A stretch of 64,000 nucleotides of DNA from Pyrinomonadales bacterium (GCA_038232235.1 JBBSIE010000002.1:24572-88571); one strand, 5' to 3'. Counted from the stretch's first letter, positions 9,774 through 19,883 are shown. Program-made: numbers and translations. Notes: generated by a model from the letters alone, not told the origin.

Positions 9774-10070
9774 TTAATCGGCAAGATTTATTTCAAAAGG
9801 TGTTTCTTCTTCCAAAATCTTTTCGGAAACTACTTGATAAAGTTTGTCGGCATCTTGCCGGGAAACTTGTTTTTTGGCGGGAATTTCCAAAACTTTTACT
9901 TTCGTCAAACGATTGTGCCGCTTGATTTCGATTTCATCATTCGTCTTTATTTCGCGCGAAGATTTTGCCGTCAGATTATTGACTTTAACCAATCTGGCAT
10001 CACAAAACTTTTGCGCCAAAGTCCGGCGCAAAATCAAACGGCTGGCTTTTAGAAAAAGGTCGAGACGCAT
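9774..10070 (-). CDS. S4-domain RNA-binding protein (Hsp15/YlmH-like)
   Basis: MRLDLFLKASRLILRRTLAQKFCDARLVKVNN..K.S.EIK..DEIEI is a typical S4 fold signature. Confidence 0.8.
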   Translation of the reverse strand: MRLDLFLKASRLILRRTLAQKFCDARLVKVNNLTAKSSREIKTNDEIEIKRHNRLTKVKVLEIPAKKQVSRQDADKLYQVVSEKILEEETPFEINLAD

Positions 10071-10076
10071 ATTCTT

Positions 10077-10168
10077 AAAGGCGAAAGGCGAATGTAAAAA
10101 AATTTTAAAAACGTAAATGTATGTTTTAATCGAATACTTTTTACCTTTGCCTTTTTACTTTTTACCTT
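10077..10168. repeat. Short-unit inverted repeat (aaaggcg/gtaaaaa units)
   Basis: aaaggcgaaaggcgaatgtaaaaaaa (10077-10102) lies opposite ctttttacctttgcctttttactttttacctt (10137-10168). It sits between the surA-like stop (10169) and the S4 gene start (10070). Confidence 0.7.
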
Positions 10169-11227
10169 CTATTTTTCACTTTTTTTAGCTTCGGCTTTCT
10201 TTTCGACGGATAAAAACGGCTCGACCGACGATTGATAATCCTTGTTGATTTTTATGTACGCTTCATTACGCAAAGTTGATAAATATTTTTTTCGTTCATC
10301 GGGAAGTTTTTCGTAAGTCATCGCTTTCCGCACTTCGGATTCATCAAAATATGATTCGCTGCTGGCGTTCGTTCGCTCGTCAACGCGCAAAACTTCCATA
10401 CCTTCGGTAACTTCAATCGGATCGGTTATGCCGCCGGCTTTGACACTTTGCAAAGGTTTGGCAAATCGCGGATCCATTTCTTTGACATTAATCGCTGTTC
10501 CGACTTTTCCCTTGTTCGCTGCGACATCGGGGCGCTCCGAATTTTCCACCGCGAGTTTGCCAAAATCAACACCGCTTCGCGCCTGAGCGACAATATCTTT
10601 AGCTTTTTCTCTAACCGCTTTTTCATCGCGTCCGGCGAAACTCAGGAAAATTTCACTGATCGAAATGGTTTCAGGTTTGGTGAACTGCGCTTTGTGCGCT
10701 TCGTAATAACTTTTGATTTCTTTTGATGTCCAACCGAAGTAGATTTTCGAATCAACTTCCTTTTGCAAAACCAAATCTTTGGTAAATTGTCTGCGCCGAT
10801 TTTCGCGGAATTCTTGCGGATCAATCCCGCTTTTTTCCATTTCTTTATACAAAACATCGAGCGTTTTGATGTTTTGCTGTTTCATAATCTCGGCGAGTGA
10901 TTCATTAACACGAGAGTCAACTTCGGAATCCAGTCCGAGGTCTTTGCCTTTTTGCAGAAGAAGTTCTTCGTTGATAATACTGGCGATAAGTTCGCCTTGC
11001 TTACCTTCGACTTCCGCCTGCGCCTGTTCGCGGGTTTTGCCTTCCAAAACGGACGTTTCGACAATTCCCTTTATTTCGCGTTTGACGCGCGAAAGCGTAA
11101 TTACGCCGTCGTTGACCTGCGCGATTACTTCGTCAACCACCTTCATTTCGGTTTCTTGCGCGGATACTGCGAAATTTGTTAAAAATAAAACTGCAATTAA
11201 AAAAATTGCTGAGTTGATATATCTCAT
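10169..11227 (-). CDS. SurA-like periplasmic chaperone / parvulin PPIase
   Basis: Signal peptide, SurA N-terminal-like region (VDEVIAQVNDGVITLSRVKRE) and a PpiC-type rotamase region (ISEIFLSF..AKDIVAQARSGVDFGKLAVENSE). Confidence 0.8.
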   Translation of the reverse strand: MRYINSAIFLIAVLFLTNFAVSAQETEMKVVDEVIAQVNDGVITLSRVKREIKGIVETSVLEGKTREQAQAEVEGKQGELIASIINEELLLQKGKDLGLDSEVDSRVNESLAEIMKQQNIKTLDVLYKEMEKSGIDPQEFRENRRRQFTKDLVLQKEVDSKIYFGWTSKEIKSYYEAHKAQFTKPETISISEIFLSFAGRDEKAVREKAKDIVAQARSGVDFGKLAVENSERPDVAANKGKVGTAINVKEMDPRFAKPLQSVKAGGITDPIEVTEGMEVLRVDERTNASSESYFDESEVRKAMTYEKLPDERKKYLSTLRNEAYIKINKDYQSSVEPFLSVEKKAEAKKSEK

Positions 11228-11431
11228 TTTATATTCCTTTTGATAAAAAAGCTTGATTGAAAATCTTAATCTTCTATAATGTGTTTGGCAACTTGAAAGT
11301 TTGATGCAAAAAAAGTTTTTTGAGTTTCTTGCCGCGTTAAAAATAAATTTTGGAAAGGAAAATTATTTACACTTTTCTTTAAACAGTGGTTCATTCCGCC
11401 GAAACATCGTCTCAAAATCAATGAAAAAAAG

Positions 11432-11629
11432 ATGCCCGAAATGTCAGTTGTTCGCGGTAATGACAACTGGCTCAACGCTTCGACAAAGTATGAAAACGCA
11501 TACGCGGCGACGAATTTCCCGATTGAAATAATGACAATTTACCCGGAATTTTTTACCGACACGCTTGACGACACCGAACGCGCCGCTATTCTTTTGCACG
11601 AAGCGCAGCACTTAAAAGGCGCAGAATGA
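11432..11629 (+). CDS. Hypothetical small protein with HExxH motif; possibly a gene remnant
   Basis: Ends in ...ERAAILLHEAQHLKGAE. The overlapping ORF 11301..11531 is in another frame across an A7 run, so a disrupted larger gene is possible. Confidence 0.25.
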   Translation: MPEMSVVRGNDNWLNASTKYENAYAATNFPIEIMTIYPEFFTDTLDDTERAAILLHEAQHLKGAE

Positions 11630-11630
11630 T

Positions 11631-11714
11631 ATAAAGGATGAAGGCGAAAGGATGAAGGATAAAGTAAAAGCTATTTCTTGTCCTTTATCCTTTCGCCTTC
11701 ATCCTTTCGCCTTT
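11631..11714. repeat. Heptamer-repeat hairpin (aagg-a/c-t/g-g/a units)
   Basis: 11633-11653 aaaggatgaaggcgaaaggat is the exact reverse complement of 11687-11707. The right arm lies inside the last 14 codons of lpxK. Confidence 0.9.
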
Positions 11715-12750
11715 CGGACGTGCGGGCTTCTGCCATATTTCTTAATAAATTACGAAATCCGCTTTCATTATCAAAAATCATTTCATTTTCAACTACAAAA
11801 CACGGCAAACCGAATTGTAAATCTTTCAATTTAACGGCATCTTTCGCCGTCGTCAGCAAAATTTCCGCACCGCTTTCACGAGCCTTTTTTTCAATTTTTG
11901 CGATGTCTTCTTTTTTGTAAAAATAATGATCGGGAAATTTTTGTGTTGCAGCTAAATCAAAATTTTCCAGTTTTAACTGTTCAAAAAAATTATTCGGATT
12001 GCCCAACGCACAAAACGACAAGACTTTTGTCCTTTGTTTTTCTTTCGTAATTAGCGGACTCTGCGCTTTTGCGTGAAAATCTTCTAAATTTATCAAACCG
12101 GAAATTTTGTTTTCCGCAATGAAAATCGGACAATCCAAATTATATTTCTTGACTTGAATTTTCAAATTTGAAACGTCTTCGCTCAAATTTGCCCGTGTAA
12201 CAAGAACCGCGTCGGCGCGTTCGAGATTTTTTAACGGTTCGCGCAAAATTCCCGACGGAAGTATTTTTTTATTGCCAAACGGGTTTGCCGCGTCAATCGT
12301 TACAATGTCCAAATCACGCTTAACTTTGCGATGCTGAAAAGCGTCATCAAGCACAAATGCCGTAATTCCAAATTTTTCACGCGCCCAACTTCCTGCCGAA
12401 ACACGATTTGCGTCGGCGACGACAATCGCTTTTCCCAAAAGTTTTCGGGCGAGTTCAAAAGGTTCATCGCCCGCTTGTTTCGCATCCGCCAAAATATTTT
12501 CGCCGTCGGACACCAGAACGCGGTTTTTCGGATTTTTCCGTCCGTAACCGCGCGAAATCACACAGACTTTTTCGCCCGATTCAGCCAAAACTTGCGCGAC
12601 AAAGGCAACTAGCGGAGTTTTTCCCGTTCCGCCAACCGTGATATTTCCCACGCTGACAACCGGAACGCCAAGCGAAAAAGATTTGAAAACACCTTTTTCA
12701 TACAGCGAATTACGCACTTCGATAATTGTTCCGTAAAACCGACTAAACAT
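11671..12750 (-). CDS. lpxK: Tetraacyldisaccharide 4'-kinase
   Basis: P-loop VGNITVGGTGKTP, ISRGYGRK, and LDDAFQH motifs are typical of LpxK. 359 aa including a repeat-encoded tail. Confidence 0.93.
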   Translation of the reverse strand: MFSRFYGTIIEVRNSLYEKGVFKSFSLGVPVVSVGNITVGGTGKTPLVAFVAQVLAESGEKVCVISRGYGRKNPKNRVLVSDGENILADAKQAGDEPFELARKLLGKAIVVADANRVSAGSWAREKFGITAFVLDDAFQHRKVKRDLDIVTIDAANPFGNKKILPSGILREPLKNLERADAVLVTRANLSEDVSNLKIQVKKYNLDCPIFIAENKISGLINLEDFHAKAQSPLITKEKQRTKVLSFCALGNPNNFFEQLKLENFDLAATQKFPDHYFYKKEDIAKIEKKARESGAEILLTTAKDAVKLKDLQFGLPCFVVENEMIFDNESGFRNLLRNMAEARTSERRKDEGERIKDKK

Positions 12751-12756
12751 ATTTTT

Positions 12757-12878
12757 CGTAAATCGTAATAAGAATTTTTCAAAATATTATTTTATAACTA
12801 ATTTAAGTCATAATTTACGCTCAAAATTCTATATCAAAAATCTATTTACGATTTACGATTTACGATTTACGATTTGTA
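12757..12878. repeat. (atttacg)x4 tandem heptamer with a distal inverted partner
   Basis: Four perfect atttacg units at 12844-12871, then atttgta. The inverted copy cgtaaatcgtaat is at 12757-12769, just upstream of the lpxK start. Confidence 0.9.
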
Positions 12879-13026
12879 GTTTGAATCAATCTTTCCAATT
12901 TAACCTGCGCCGAATGGCTGTCAATGCTTTGTTCGGCGAGGCGGGCAGCCAGCCTGTTTTCGGCATAAATATATCATATGCGCGGCATTTGGCGTTAAAC
13001 AAAATTGTCCGCTAAAATTTTAATTT

Positions 13027-13656
13027 TCAAAATTTCTTAAACGTATAACCGACGTAAATCAGATTATTATCAATTCCCGGATTTTGAACGCCGCGATTTC
13101 CGTTTGAAAGATGGAAATATTTGTAGCCGACTGTTACCGAACGGGCATTTTTTAACAGAAATTCCGCGCCCGCGCCGACATCCGCCGTGAAAGTAAAATG
13201 TGTTCCCAATTCATTCGGAATACGCTTGTCAAAATAAATAAAACCGCCTGAACCGTCAATGAACGGCTGAACTTTTTTGCGCGGGCGAAAATTTATCTGC
13301 AAGCCGACCGGAATAATGCCGAAAGCGTAAGAAGTACGCCGAAATTCGTCAATCCGAAAAGTATTTGCGTTTGTTTGTAAAAAACGAAAATCAGGATTTG
13401 ACAAAATTGCCGCCGGAACTAAATCGAGCGTATATTTCAAATTTACTTTGTTGTTATTGTTAAACCGCCGCGCGTAACGCACGGCGAGAAGTCCGAGACG
13501 CGCATCTTTGGTGCGTCCCGTTCCCGTGATAATTGTTGACGAATCAGGCGAAAAACCGCCCCACACGCTCAACTCGTTTTTTCCCGCTTCATCAGTTTGC
13601 GCCGCAGCCGACAATGCCAGAAACAAAACAATTAAACCCGAAATTATAATTTTCAT
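13027..13656 (-). CDS. Acyloxyacyl hydrolase / PagL-like outer-membrane lipid A deacylase
   Basis: Signal peptide and beta-barrel periodicity. The C-terminal YKYFHLSNGNRGVQNPGIDNNLIYVGYTF carries the HxSNG signature. Confidence 0.75.
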   Translation of the reverse strand: MKIIISGLIVLFLALSAAAQTDEAGKNELSVWGGFSPDSSTIITGTGRTKDARLGLLAVRYARRFNNNNKVNLKYTLDLVPAAILSNPDFRFLQTNANTFRIDEFRRTSYAFGIIPVGLQINFRPRKKVQPFIDGSGGFIYFDKRIPNELGTHFTFTADVGAGAEFLLKNARSVTVGYKYFHLSNGNRGVQNPGIDNNLIYVGYTFKKF

Positions 13657-13790
13657 AAATTAAGTGCGGAAATTTCAAAACGAATCCGAATTTTTACATA
13701 GTAATTTTTATTCACAGAAAAACAAATGTTCAAAACGAAAATATTCGAGTTGCCGGAGTAAATTTTTGTTGATAAAAGTTTTGAAAAATT

Positions 13791-14306
13791 CTATCGAAGC
13801 TGATTTTTATAAATTCGACTCAGCGATACATAATTTTGCCAAAACTTTTCCAGATTCTTTATTTCATCTTCGCCGAGTTTGCGTTTGACTTTTGCCGGAC
13901 TGCCCATCACAAGTGAACGCGGCGGAATTTGTGTATTCGGCGTGAGCAAACTTCCAGCCGCGACGAGCGAATTTCTGCCGACGCGAACTCCGTCCAATAA
14001 AATCGCGCCGATTCCGATTAAACAACCCGTTTCGACGTAGCAGCCGTGCAGAGTTACGCGATGTCCGAGCGTGATTTCGTCTTCCAAAACCGTCGGATGA
14101 GTTTTTGAAGAAACGTGAATGACGCTCGCGTCCTGAATATTTGTTCGTGCGCCGATGCGAATATAATTAACGTCGCCGCGCAGAATCGAACCGAACCAAA
14201 TGCTCGATTCCGCGCCGATTTCGACATCGCCGATGACGACGGCGTTTTCGGCGATAAATGCGGTTTCGTGAATTTTCGGAGCGAGATTTTCAAAAGATTT
14301 AATCAT
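13791..14306 (-). CDS. Gamma-class carbonic anhydrase-like hexapeptide-repeat protein
   Basis: Start taken at M32 (MIKSFENLAPKIH). Left-handed beta-helix repeats (AENAVVIGDVEIGAESSIWFGSILRGDVNYIRIGARTNIQD). Confidence 0.85.
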   Translation of the reverse strand: MIKSFENLAPKIHETAFIAENAVVIGDVEIGAESSIWFGSILRGDVNYIRIGARTNIQDASVIHVSSKTHPTVLEDEITLGHRVTLHGCYVETGCLIGIGAILLDGVRVGRNSLVAAGSLLTPNTQIPPRSLVMGSPAKVKRKLGEDEIKNLEKFWQNYVSLSRIYKNQLR

Positions 14307-14469
14307 TTTTGAATTATTATTTAACGCAAAGGCGCAAGGATGCAAAGGCGCAAAGTTTTTTATAAATCTATTGCGAATTTTAAATAAGTAAAAAGCCATA
14401 ATTGAAAGTTTCGTCCGGTTCGTGGCAAACTCAAAACATATTTAGATTTTACGATTGTGGAATAGTATT

Positions 14470-15046
14470 ATGGCAAAAAACCCAAAATTCTGGCTTTCGC
14501 GGGAAGTCTGCGAGAAAATTCATACAACAAACGAGTTGTCAAAACGGCAATCGAAGGCGCGAAAAAGGCGGGCGCGGAAGTTACATACGTTGATTTGAAA
14601 GATTATCCGATGCCGATTTACGACGCGGACGATCACGAAAAAAACGGTTTTGACGAAAACGCGCTGGCGTTTCAAAAACTTTTGGGCGAACACAACGGAT
14701 TTTTAATCGCGTCGCCCGAATATAACGGTTCGATTCCGGGCGGTTTGAAAAATGCGATTGACTGGGCTTCGCGCAAAAGCAAAAATTACGGAATGATCGA
14801 AGTTTTCAAAGGTAAAGTCGCGGCGGTCATGACGGCTTCGCCCGGCGCGTTCGCACGATTATGCTCGTTAATGTTCTGCCGTCGGAAATCGCGGTCGCCA
14901 ATGTCGGCAAAATGTTCGACGGCGAAGGCGAGACGATGACTGATGAAAAGATGAAAAAGATTCTCGAAGATTTGGGCGCGTCGCTTTCAGATATGCTCAA
15001 GAAAACTCACGGCGAAATCGAAGTCGTTGAAGAACCGGAACAGTAA
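14470..15046 (+). pseudogene. NAD(P)H-dependent FMN reductase, disrupted by two frameshifts
   Basis: The homologous sequence is spread over three frames. The ATG at 14470 is out of frame with KILAFAGSLRENSYNKR.. across the A6 run 14475-14480. ..LIASPEYNGSIPGGLKNAIDWASR..ASPGAF then shifts again at about 14845-14860 into ..MLVNVLPSEIAVANVGKMFDGEGETMTDE. Confidence 0.75.
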
Positions 15047-15054
15047 TTTTAAAA

Positions 15055-16512
15055 TCATCGCCAAATTTTCAAATATCGTCCGAACCATCTTTGGACGAAC
15101 GGCGATTTCAGCGTTTCGAGCGTTTTTTCCGTCGCCACGGCTTGCGTGATTTTCGATAAAGTCGGGTAAACGTGAATCGCTTTGTTCAAATCGTCGAGCG
15201 ATAAATTCAGCTTCATCGCCAGCACGAATTCGTGAATCAATTCTCCGGCGCGAAGTCCGACGATGTGTGCGCCGACAATTTTTTTGCCGTTTAAAATTAT
15301 CTTGGCAAATCCTGCGGTTTCGCCTTCGGCGTGGGCGCGGTCGTTGTCTTCAAACTGAACTTTTATCACATTTATCCCGTCTAATTTCTTTTTCGCTTCG
15401 ATTTGCGTCATTCCGACACGCGCAACTTCCGGTTCGGTAAAAGTCGTCCACGGCACGACTCTGAAATCGGTTTTTTTTGTAAAAGGATAAAACAAAAAAG
15501 CGTTTTGCAAAACAATTTGCGCTTCATAATCCGCCGTGTGCGTAAATTGAAAATGTCCGGTTACGTCGCCCGCCGCGTAGATATTTTTTTGCGACGTGCG
15601 AAGATATTCGTCCGTTTCGATTCGCTTTTTGTCATATTTCACATTTGCTTTTTCAAGGTCCAAATTTTCAATAGTTGGCTTTCTGCCAACCGCCGCGAGA
15701 ATTTCGTTTCCCACGATTTCATCGGTTTTTCCGTTTTTTTCGATTGTTACAATTTTTTCGCCTCTATTCTTTTTGCGAACTTTGACGGCTTTCGATTCGG
15801 TAAGAATTTCAACACCTTCTTTTTGCAGAAGATTTTCCATGAACTTGGAAACTTCCACATCTTCTTTCGACAAAATATGTTCCGCCATTTCGATAATTGA
15901 AACTTTCGCGCCTAATCGTTGAAAAGCCTGCGCCATTTCAACGCCGATTGCGCCGCCGCCAAGCACAATCAATCTTTCGGGCAAATCTTTTAAGTGAAAA
16001 ATTTCTTCGTTGGTAATAAATCCGGCTTCTTTTAAACCTTCAATCGGCGGAATTAACGGCGATGAACCTGTCGAAATACAAAAACGCTTGGCTTTTAATT
16101 TTTTAATCTCGCCGGAATCTTTCAGATTTATTTCGATTTCATTTTTATTAAGAAATTTTGCGTTGCCGAAAATAATTTCAACGCCCATTTTATCAAACAC
16201 TTCAGGCGCGTCGTGCGGTTCAATTTCTTTAATGACGTTTTGTACGCGATTTGAAATTGAAGCAAAATCGTTATCTTTGAATTTGAAATTCGGAACTTGA
16301 AAGCCGAAATCTCCGGCGCGTTTCATATCGTTTGCCAATTTCGCCGAGCGAATCAAAGATTTCGACGGCACACAACCAGTGTAAAGACAATCGCCGCCGA
16401 GTTTGTTTTTTTCAATCAAAGCGACTTTCGCGCCCAAAATTCCCGCGCCGCCCGCCGCAACCAAACCTGCCGAACCGCCGCCGATTACGATGAAATCGTA
16501 ATTTGTTTCCAT
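15055..16512 (-). CDS. Pyridine nucleotide-disulfide oxidoreductase (dihydrolipoamide dehydrogenase / mercuric reductase family)
   Basis: Start at M10 (METNYDFIVIGGGSAG); redox-active GGDCLYTGCVPSK; second Rossmann motif LGGGAIGVE; C-terminal dimerisation domain. Confidence 0.85.
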   Translation of the reverse strand: METNYDFIVIGGGSAGLVAAGGAGILGAKVALIEKNKLGGDCLYTGCVPSKSLIRSAKLANDMKRAGDFGFQVPNFKFKDNDFASISNRVQNVIKEIEPHDAPEVFDKMGVEIIFGNAKFLNKNEIEINLKDSGEIKKLKAKRFCISTGSSPLIPPIEGLKEAGFITNEEIFHLKDLPERLIVLGGGAIGVEMAQAFQRLGAKVSIIEMAEHILSKEDVEVSKFMENLLQKEGVEILTESKAVKVRKKNRGEKIVTIEKNGKTDEIVGNEILAAVGRKPTIENLDLEKANVKYDKKRIETDEYLRTSQKNIYAAGDVTGHFQFTHTADYEAQIVLQNAFLFYPFTKKTDFRVVPWTTFTEPEVARVGMTQIEAKKKLDGINVIKVQFEDNDRAHAEGETAGFAKIILNGKKIVGAHIVGLRAGELIHEFVLAMKLNLSLDDLNKAIHVYPTLSKITQAVATEKTLETLKSPFVQRWFGRYLKIWR

Positions 16513-16665
16513 AATTCCCAAGTTTATCTCACAACCCAAAACCCTGCTTGATTTTACTCAAAGCATTATTGCATAATCTAATTGACAAACATTTTTTGTT
16601 AGTTTGTTAAATGTTTTATACCGCGCTCTGGTTATTTTCTTTCCTTCCAATCTGAAAATTAGTGG

Positions 16666-17697
16666 ATGATTGACTCGGAATTGACGGAGAAGTTAGTTGC
16701 GTTGGCTTCGACGGGACATCTGCTTGAAGGCAAATCTGCCGATTTACGAATCGAAAGTGGTTTGAAATTGCTCGAAGTTGTTTTGCCGCTTTCCGAAGTA
16801 ATAGTTTTTCGCTTTACGCCAAACGGTGAATTTAATCCCATCGGACGAATGCAGAACGGAAATTTCAAAGACTGCGCCGTTTTGCGTCAATCTTCGTGGC
16901 GTGAAAACATCGGACTTTGCGAAGAATCTTTGCGTGAACGTCAAACGAAAGTTCAAACTGATGCGGACAATAAAGGCGCGGCGCAAATCGCCATTCCGCT
17001 GATTGACGAAGATTTGGCAGTCGGCGTTTTATTTGTCAAAATTCATCAACACTTTCAACCCGGCGATCAATATATTTTGGAAGCGTTCAGCGGACAATTG
17101 GCGCGAAATTTTCAACGCAAAGAACTGCGCGAAAAAAGTCTGCCGCACACTTCTTGGTGGAGTCCTTTTTGGACTCAATCGGCGGAAAATCGTCTGGATA
17201 TTATCAGCCTTATCAACGGTATTATTAAAGAACAATCCTTCAGCGCAATTGCCAGTTCCAATCTCAAAGAAGCCCACGCCATCGCTTATCTGGACGGAAC
17301 TCTGGCATATATGAACGGGAAAATGCGTCAATTCGCCAACCCGAATTCGCAAAAGTTTAATGAAACAGACCTTTTCAGTTTTTTGAATCGGTTCAAAACC
17401 GACGTTTTCAACGAACCGAACCTTGCTATTCGGCGCGTTTTGCAAACTGGCGAAACTTACAAAAGCGAGCTTTATTATCCTGAAAACAACAAAACTTTGG
17501 ATATGCAAATCTCTCTGGTAAAAGTTCCGTCCGACAACGCATCTATTCACGAAACAAGTATTGCGATGATACCGGCTTGTTTTTTAATCACATTTTCTGA
17601 CATTTCCGCCGTCAAGGAAAACGAAAAACTTCGCAGCGTCCGCCATAATCACGACGCAACCTGTTTAAATCTTGAACCGAAAAACGTCGTGCAATGA
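16666..17697 (+). CDS. GAF/PAS-like sensory protein with no output domain (possibly a truncated signalling protein)
   Basis: 343 aa. It ends ..DISAVKENEKLRSVRHNHDATCLNLEPKNVVQ, right where a kinase H-box or a GGDEF domain would normally begin. A convergent gene follows. Confidence 0.4.
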   Translation: MIDSELTEKLVALASTGHLLEGKSADLRIESGLKLLEVVLPLSEVIVFRFTPNGEFNPIGRMQNGNFKDCAVLRQSSWRENIGLCEESLRERQTKVQTDADNKGAAQIAIPLIDEDLAVGVLFVKIHQHFQPGDQYILEAFSGQLARNFQRKELREKSLPHTSWWSPFWTQSAENRLDIISLINGIIKEQSFSAIASSNLKEAHAIAYLDGTLAYMNGKMRQFANPNSQKFNETDLFSFLNRFKTDVFNEPNLAIRRVLQTGETYKSELYYPENNKTLDMQISLVKVPSDNASIHETSIAMIPACFLITFSDISAVKENEKLRSVRHNHDATCLNLEPKNVVQ

Positions 17698-17775
17698 CTT
17701 CTATGTCTATTATCAGCGGAAAATATCGCTTAAAGTCAATCATAATGAAAAATGGTTGTTAGATCAATAATTATT

Positions 17776-18558
17776 TCAATTCTCAAATTTTTTCAATCCC
17801 AAAAATTGAAGCATTACCAACCAAACAAAGCGCGGATTCAGAATCAAATATCTGCGCCAGAGCCTTTTCGGTTCTTGAAGCAGACGATAAAACCATTCGA
17901 GTCCGAATTTGCTCATCCATTCCGGCGATTCACTTGCATTTCCGGCGTAAAAATCAAATGCCGCGCCGACACCGAGCATCACCGACGACAATTTATTTTT
18001 GTGCTGTGCCATCCAACGCTCCTGTTTCGGACAACCCAAACCGACGAATAAAATATCCGTGCCTGAATTTTTTATATTTTCCGTAATTTCCGCGTCTTCC
18101 GCGTTTGTTAAAGGGTTAAAAGGCGGTGAAAATGAATAGCTGATTTTCAGTTTCGGATAATCTTTCACCAAACGCGCGGAAATTTCATCGAGAACTTTCT
18201 GCTGTCCGCCGTAAAATCCGACGGTCAAATTACTGCTTTCGGCAAAGGCAAAAAGTTTCATCATCAAGGTTGTGCCGCGCACCTGCGAGGCTTGTTTGCT
18301 GCCTTGCAGTTTCTGCATCCAAACAAGCGGCATTCCGTCGGGCGTAATTAAATCAGCCGCGTTGACCTGCGCGGCATAATTTGCGTTATCATAACTTTCC
18401 ATCACCATATGAACGGTTGAAACACAGACGTAACCGCCGTTTTTTCGCCGCGTTAATTCGGCAACACGCGCGATTGCCGAATCGTAATTGCAGACATTGA
18501 CGCGCAGCGCGACAATCTGAACGCGATCTTGATTTTTTATCAAATCAGCAGTTTTCAT
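17776..18558 (-). CDS. WecB/TagA/CpsF-family glycosyltransferase
   Basis: TPDGMPLVWMQK, FYGG, ILFVGLGCPKQERW and FGLEWFYRL motifs. Confidence 0.85.
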   Translation of the reverse strand: MKTADLIKNQDRVQIVALRVNVCNYDSAIARVAELTRRKNGGYVCVSTVHMVMESYDNANYAAQVNAADLITPDGMPLVWMQKLQGSKQASQVRGTTLMMKLFAFAESSNLTVGFYGGQQKVLDEISARLVKDYPKLKISYSFSPPFNPLTNAEDAEITENIKNSGTDILFVGLGCPKQERWMAQHKNKLSSVMLGVGAAFDFYAGNASESPEWMSKFGLEWFYRLLQEPKRLWRRYLILNPRFVWLVMLQFLGLKKFEN

Positions 18559-18585
18559 TTAATTTTTGACCGCCAAACTTTTCGT

Positions 18586-19650
18586 TTAAATGATTTCCGA
18601 GTATATTTTCTCAAGTTTTTTGATGTAATCGTCCAAATTAAAATTCTTTTTAATCGTTTCGCGGGCATTTCGGCGCAGACTTTCCCAATCTTTTTCGCCC
18701 GACAGCAAAGATTTTAGTTTTCCGACGAGCTGCGAAATATTTTTTGGCTCAATCAAGAAACCGTTCACTCCGTCATCAATAACCGCGCCGATTGAAGCCA
18801 TTTCGGACACGACGACGACGCAATCTGCCGCCATCGCTTCGAGCATCGCCATCGGCAAACCTTCGCCGTAGCGCGACGGAAGCAGAAAAATATCCGCTTC
18901 ATTTAACGCTTTTTCTTTTTGCTCGCCCGAAATAACGCCGCCGTAATAAAATTTTTCGTCGAGAATTTCAATCATTTTCGCTACAAAAAAATCTTTCAAA
19001 TCGCCCGCGCCGAAACAATTGAAACGGAACTCGAAATTTTCATTTTTCAAAGTACGGCACATTTGAATAATTTCATTCAAGCCTTTTGATTCGTGCAGTC
19101 TGCCGAGAAAAATAAGTGTTTTTTCGCCGGATTTGCGTTTTTGAGATTGTGTTTCGCTAACTTGAACGGCGTTTTCCAAAACTTTTACATTCAAATTTCG
19201 CCAACGCTTTTCGATAATTTCTTTTTCGAGTTCGCTTAAAACAACCACCACTCTTGCCGCTTTCAGCATTTTCTCTGAAATTCGTGCGAGAAATTTATTA
19301 TCAAACTCCCGCGCCAGAAATTTTCCGCCGTGCAGATGGAGCAAAACCGGACGTTTTGCCAGCCGCGCCATTTTTACCAAAGCCGCGTCGCGCATAATCG
19401 AAAGCGGATTGAGCGCGGTGTTGATATGAACAATGTCAATTTTTTCGCTGATGATCTTGCGGTAAAATCGCGGAATGCTCAAAATCTGTCTGAAAATCCA
19501 ACTGCTGTTCGCCTTTTCACCGTCTCGTCTGCCGGCGTGAAAATGATGAAATTCAAAACGGCTGTTTTCGATTATCTGGCGCACAACGGAAGAAATTCCG
19601 CTGACGTTTTCAATTATTTCAAGACTCGGCGCGGTTATCAAAATCTTCAT
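18586..19650 (-). CDS. GT4-family glycosyltransferase
   Basis: GT-B fold; C-terminal LLPSRYGEGLPMAMLEAMAADCVVVVS (E-x7-E). Confidence 0.85.
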   Translation of the reverse strand: MKILITAPSLEIIENVSGISSVVRQIIENSRFEFHHFHAGRRDGEKANSSWIFRQILSIPRFYRKIISEKIDIVHINTALNPLSIMRDAALVKMARLAKRPVLLHLHGGKFLAREFDNKFLARISEKMLKAARVVVVLSELEKEIIEKRWRNLNVKVLENAVQVSETQSQKRKSGEKTLIFLGRLHESKGLNEIIQMCRTLKNENFEFRFNCFGAGDLKDFFVAKMIEILDEKFYYGGVISGEQKEKALNEADIFLLPSRYGEGLPMAMLEAMAADCVVVVSEMASIGAVIDDGVNGFLIEPKNISQLVGKLKSLLSGEKDWESLRRNARETIKKNFNLDDYIKKLEKIYSEII

Positions 19651-19853
19651 TTAATTTTAGTTTAAAGCAGTGGAAAAAAAGTAAAAATTTATCCGATGTT
19701 TTTTTACAAATCGCATTGGAAAGAAATGCCGATCTTATACTAAACTAATTATTATTTGCCAAAGCAAAGCGAAACAATATAATTTTTTGTCCTATTCCAA
19801 AAATTATATAAATCAGAAAATGTAAAAACTTGTGGTTTCGCTTGAATTTACTG

Positions 19854-19883
19854 TTGACGAGTTAAAGTAACTTCTGATATTAT
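19854..19883 (+). promoter_or_regulatory. Candidate sigma-70-type promoter
   Basis: TTGACG (19854-19859), an 18-nt spacer, then TATTAT (19878-19883), about 75 nt upstream of the ATG at 19959. Confidence 0.3.

Noticed and set aside
12844-12878. Tandem heptamer arrays considered as CRISPR arrays.
   Set aside because: The units are 7-10 nt with no spacers, and there are no cas genes. This is not CRISPR architecture.
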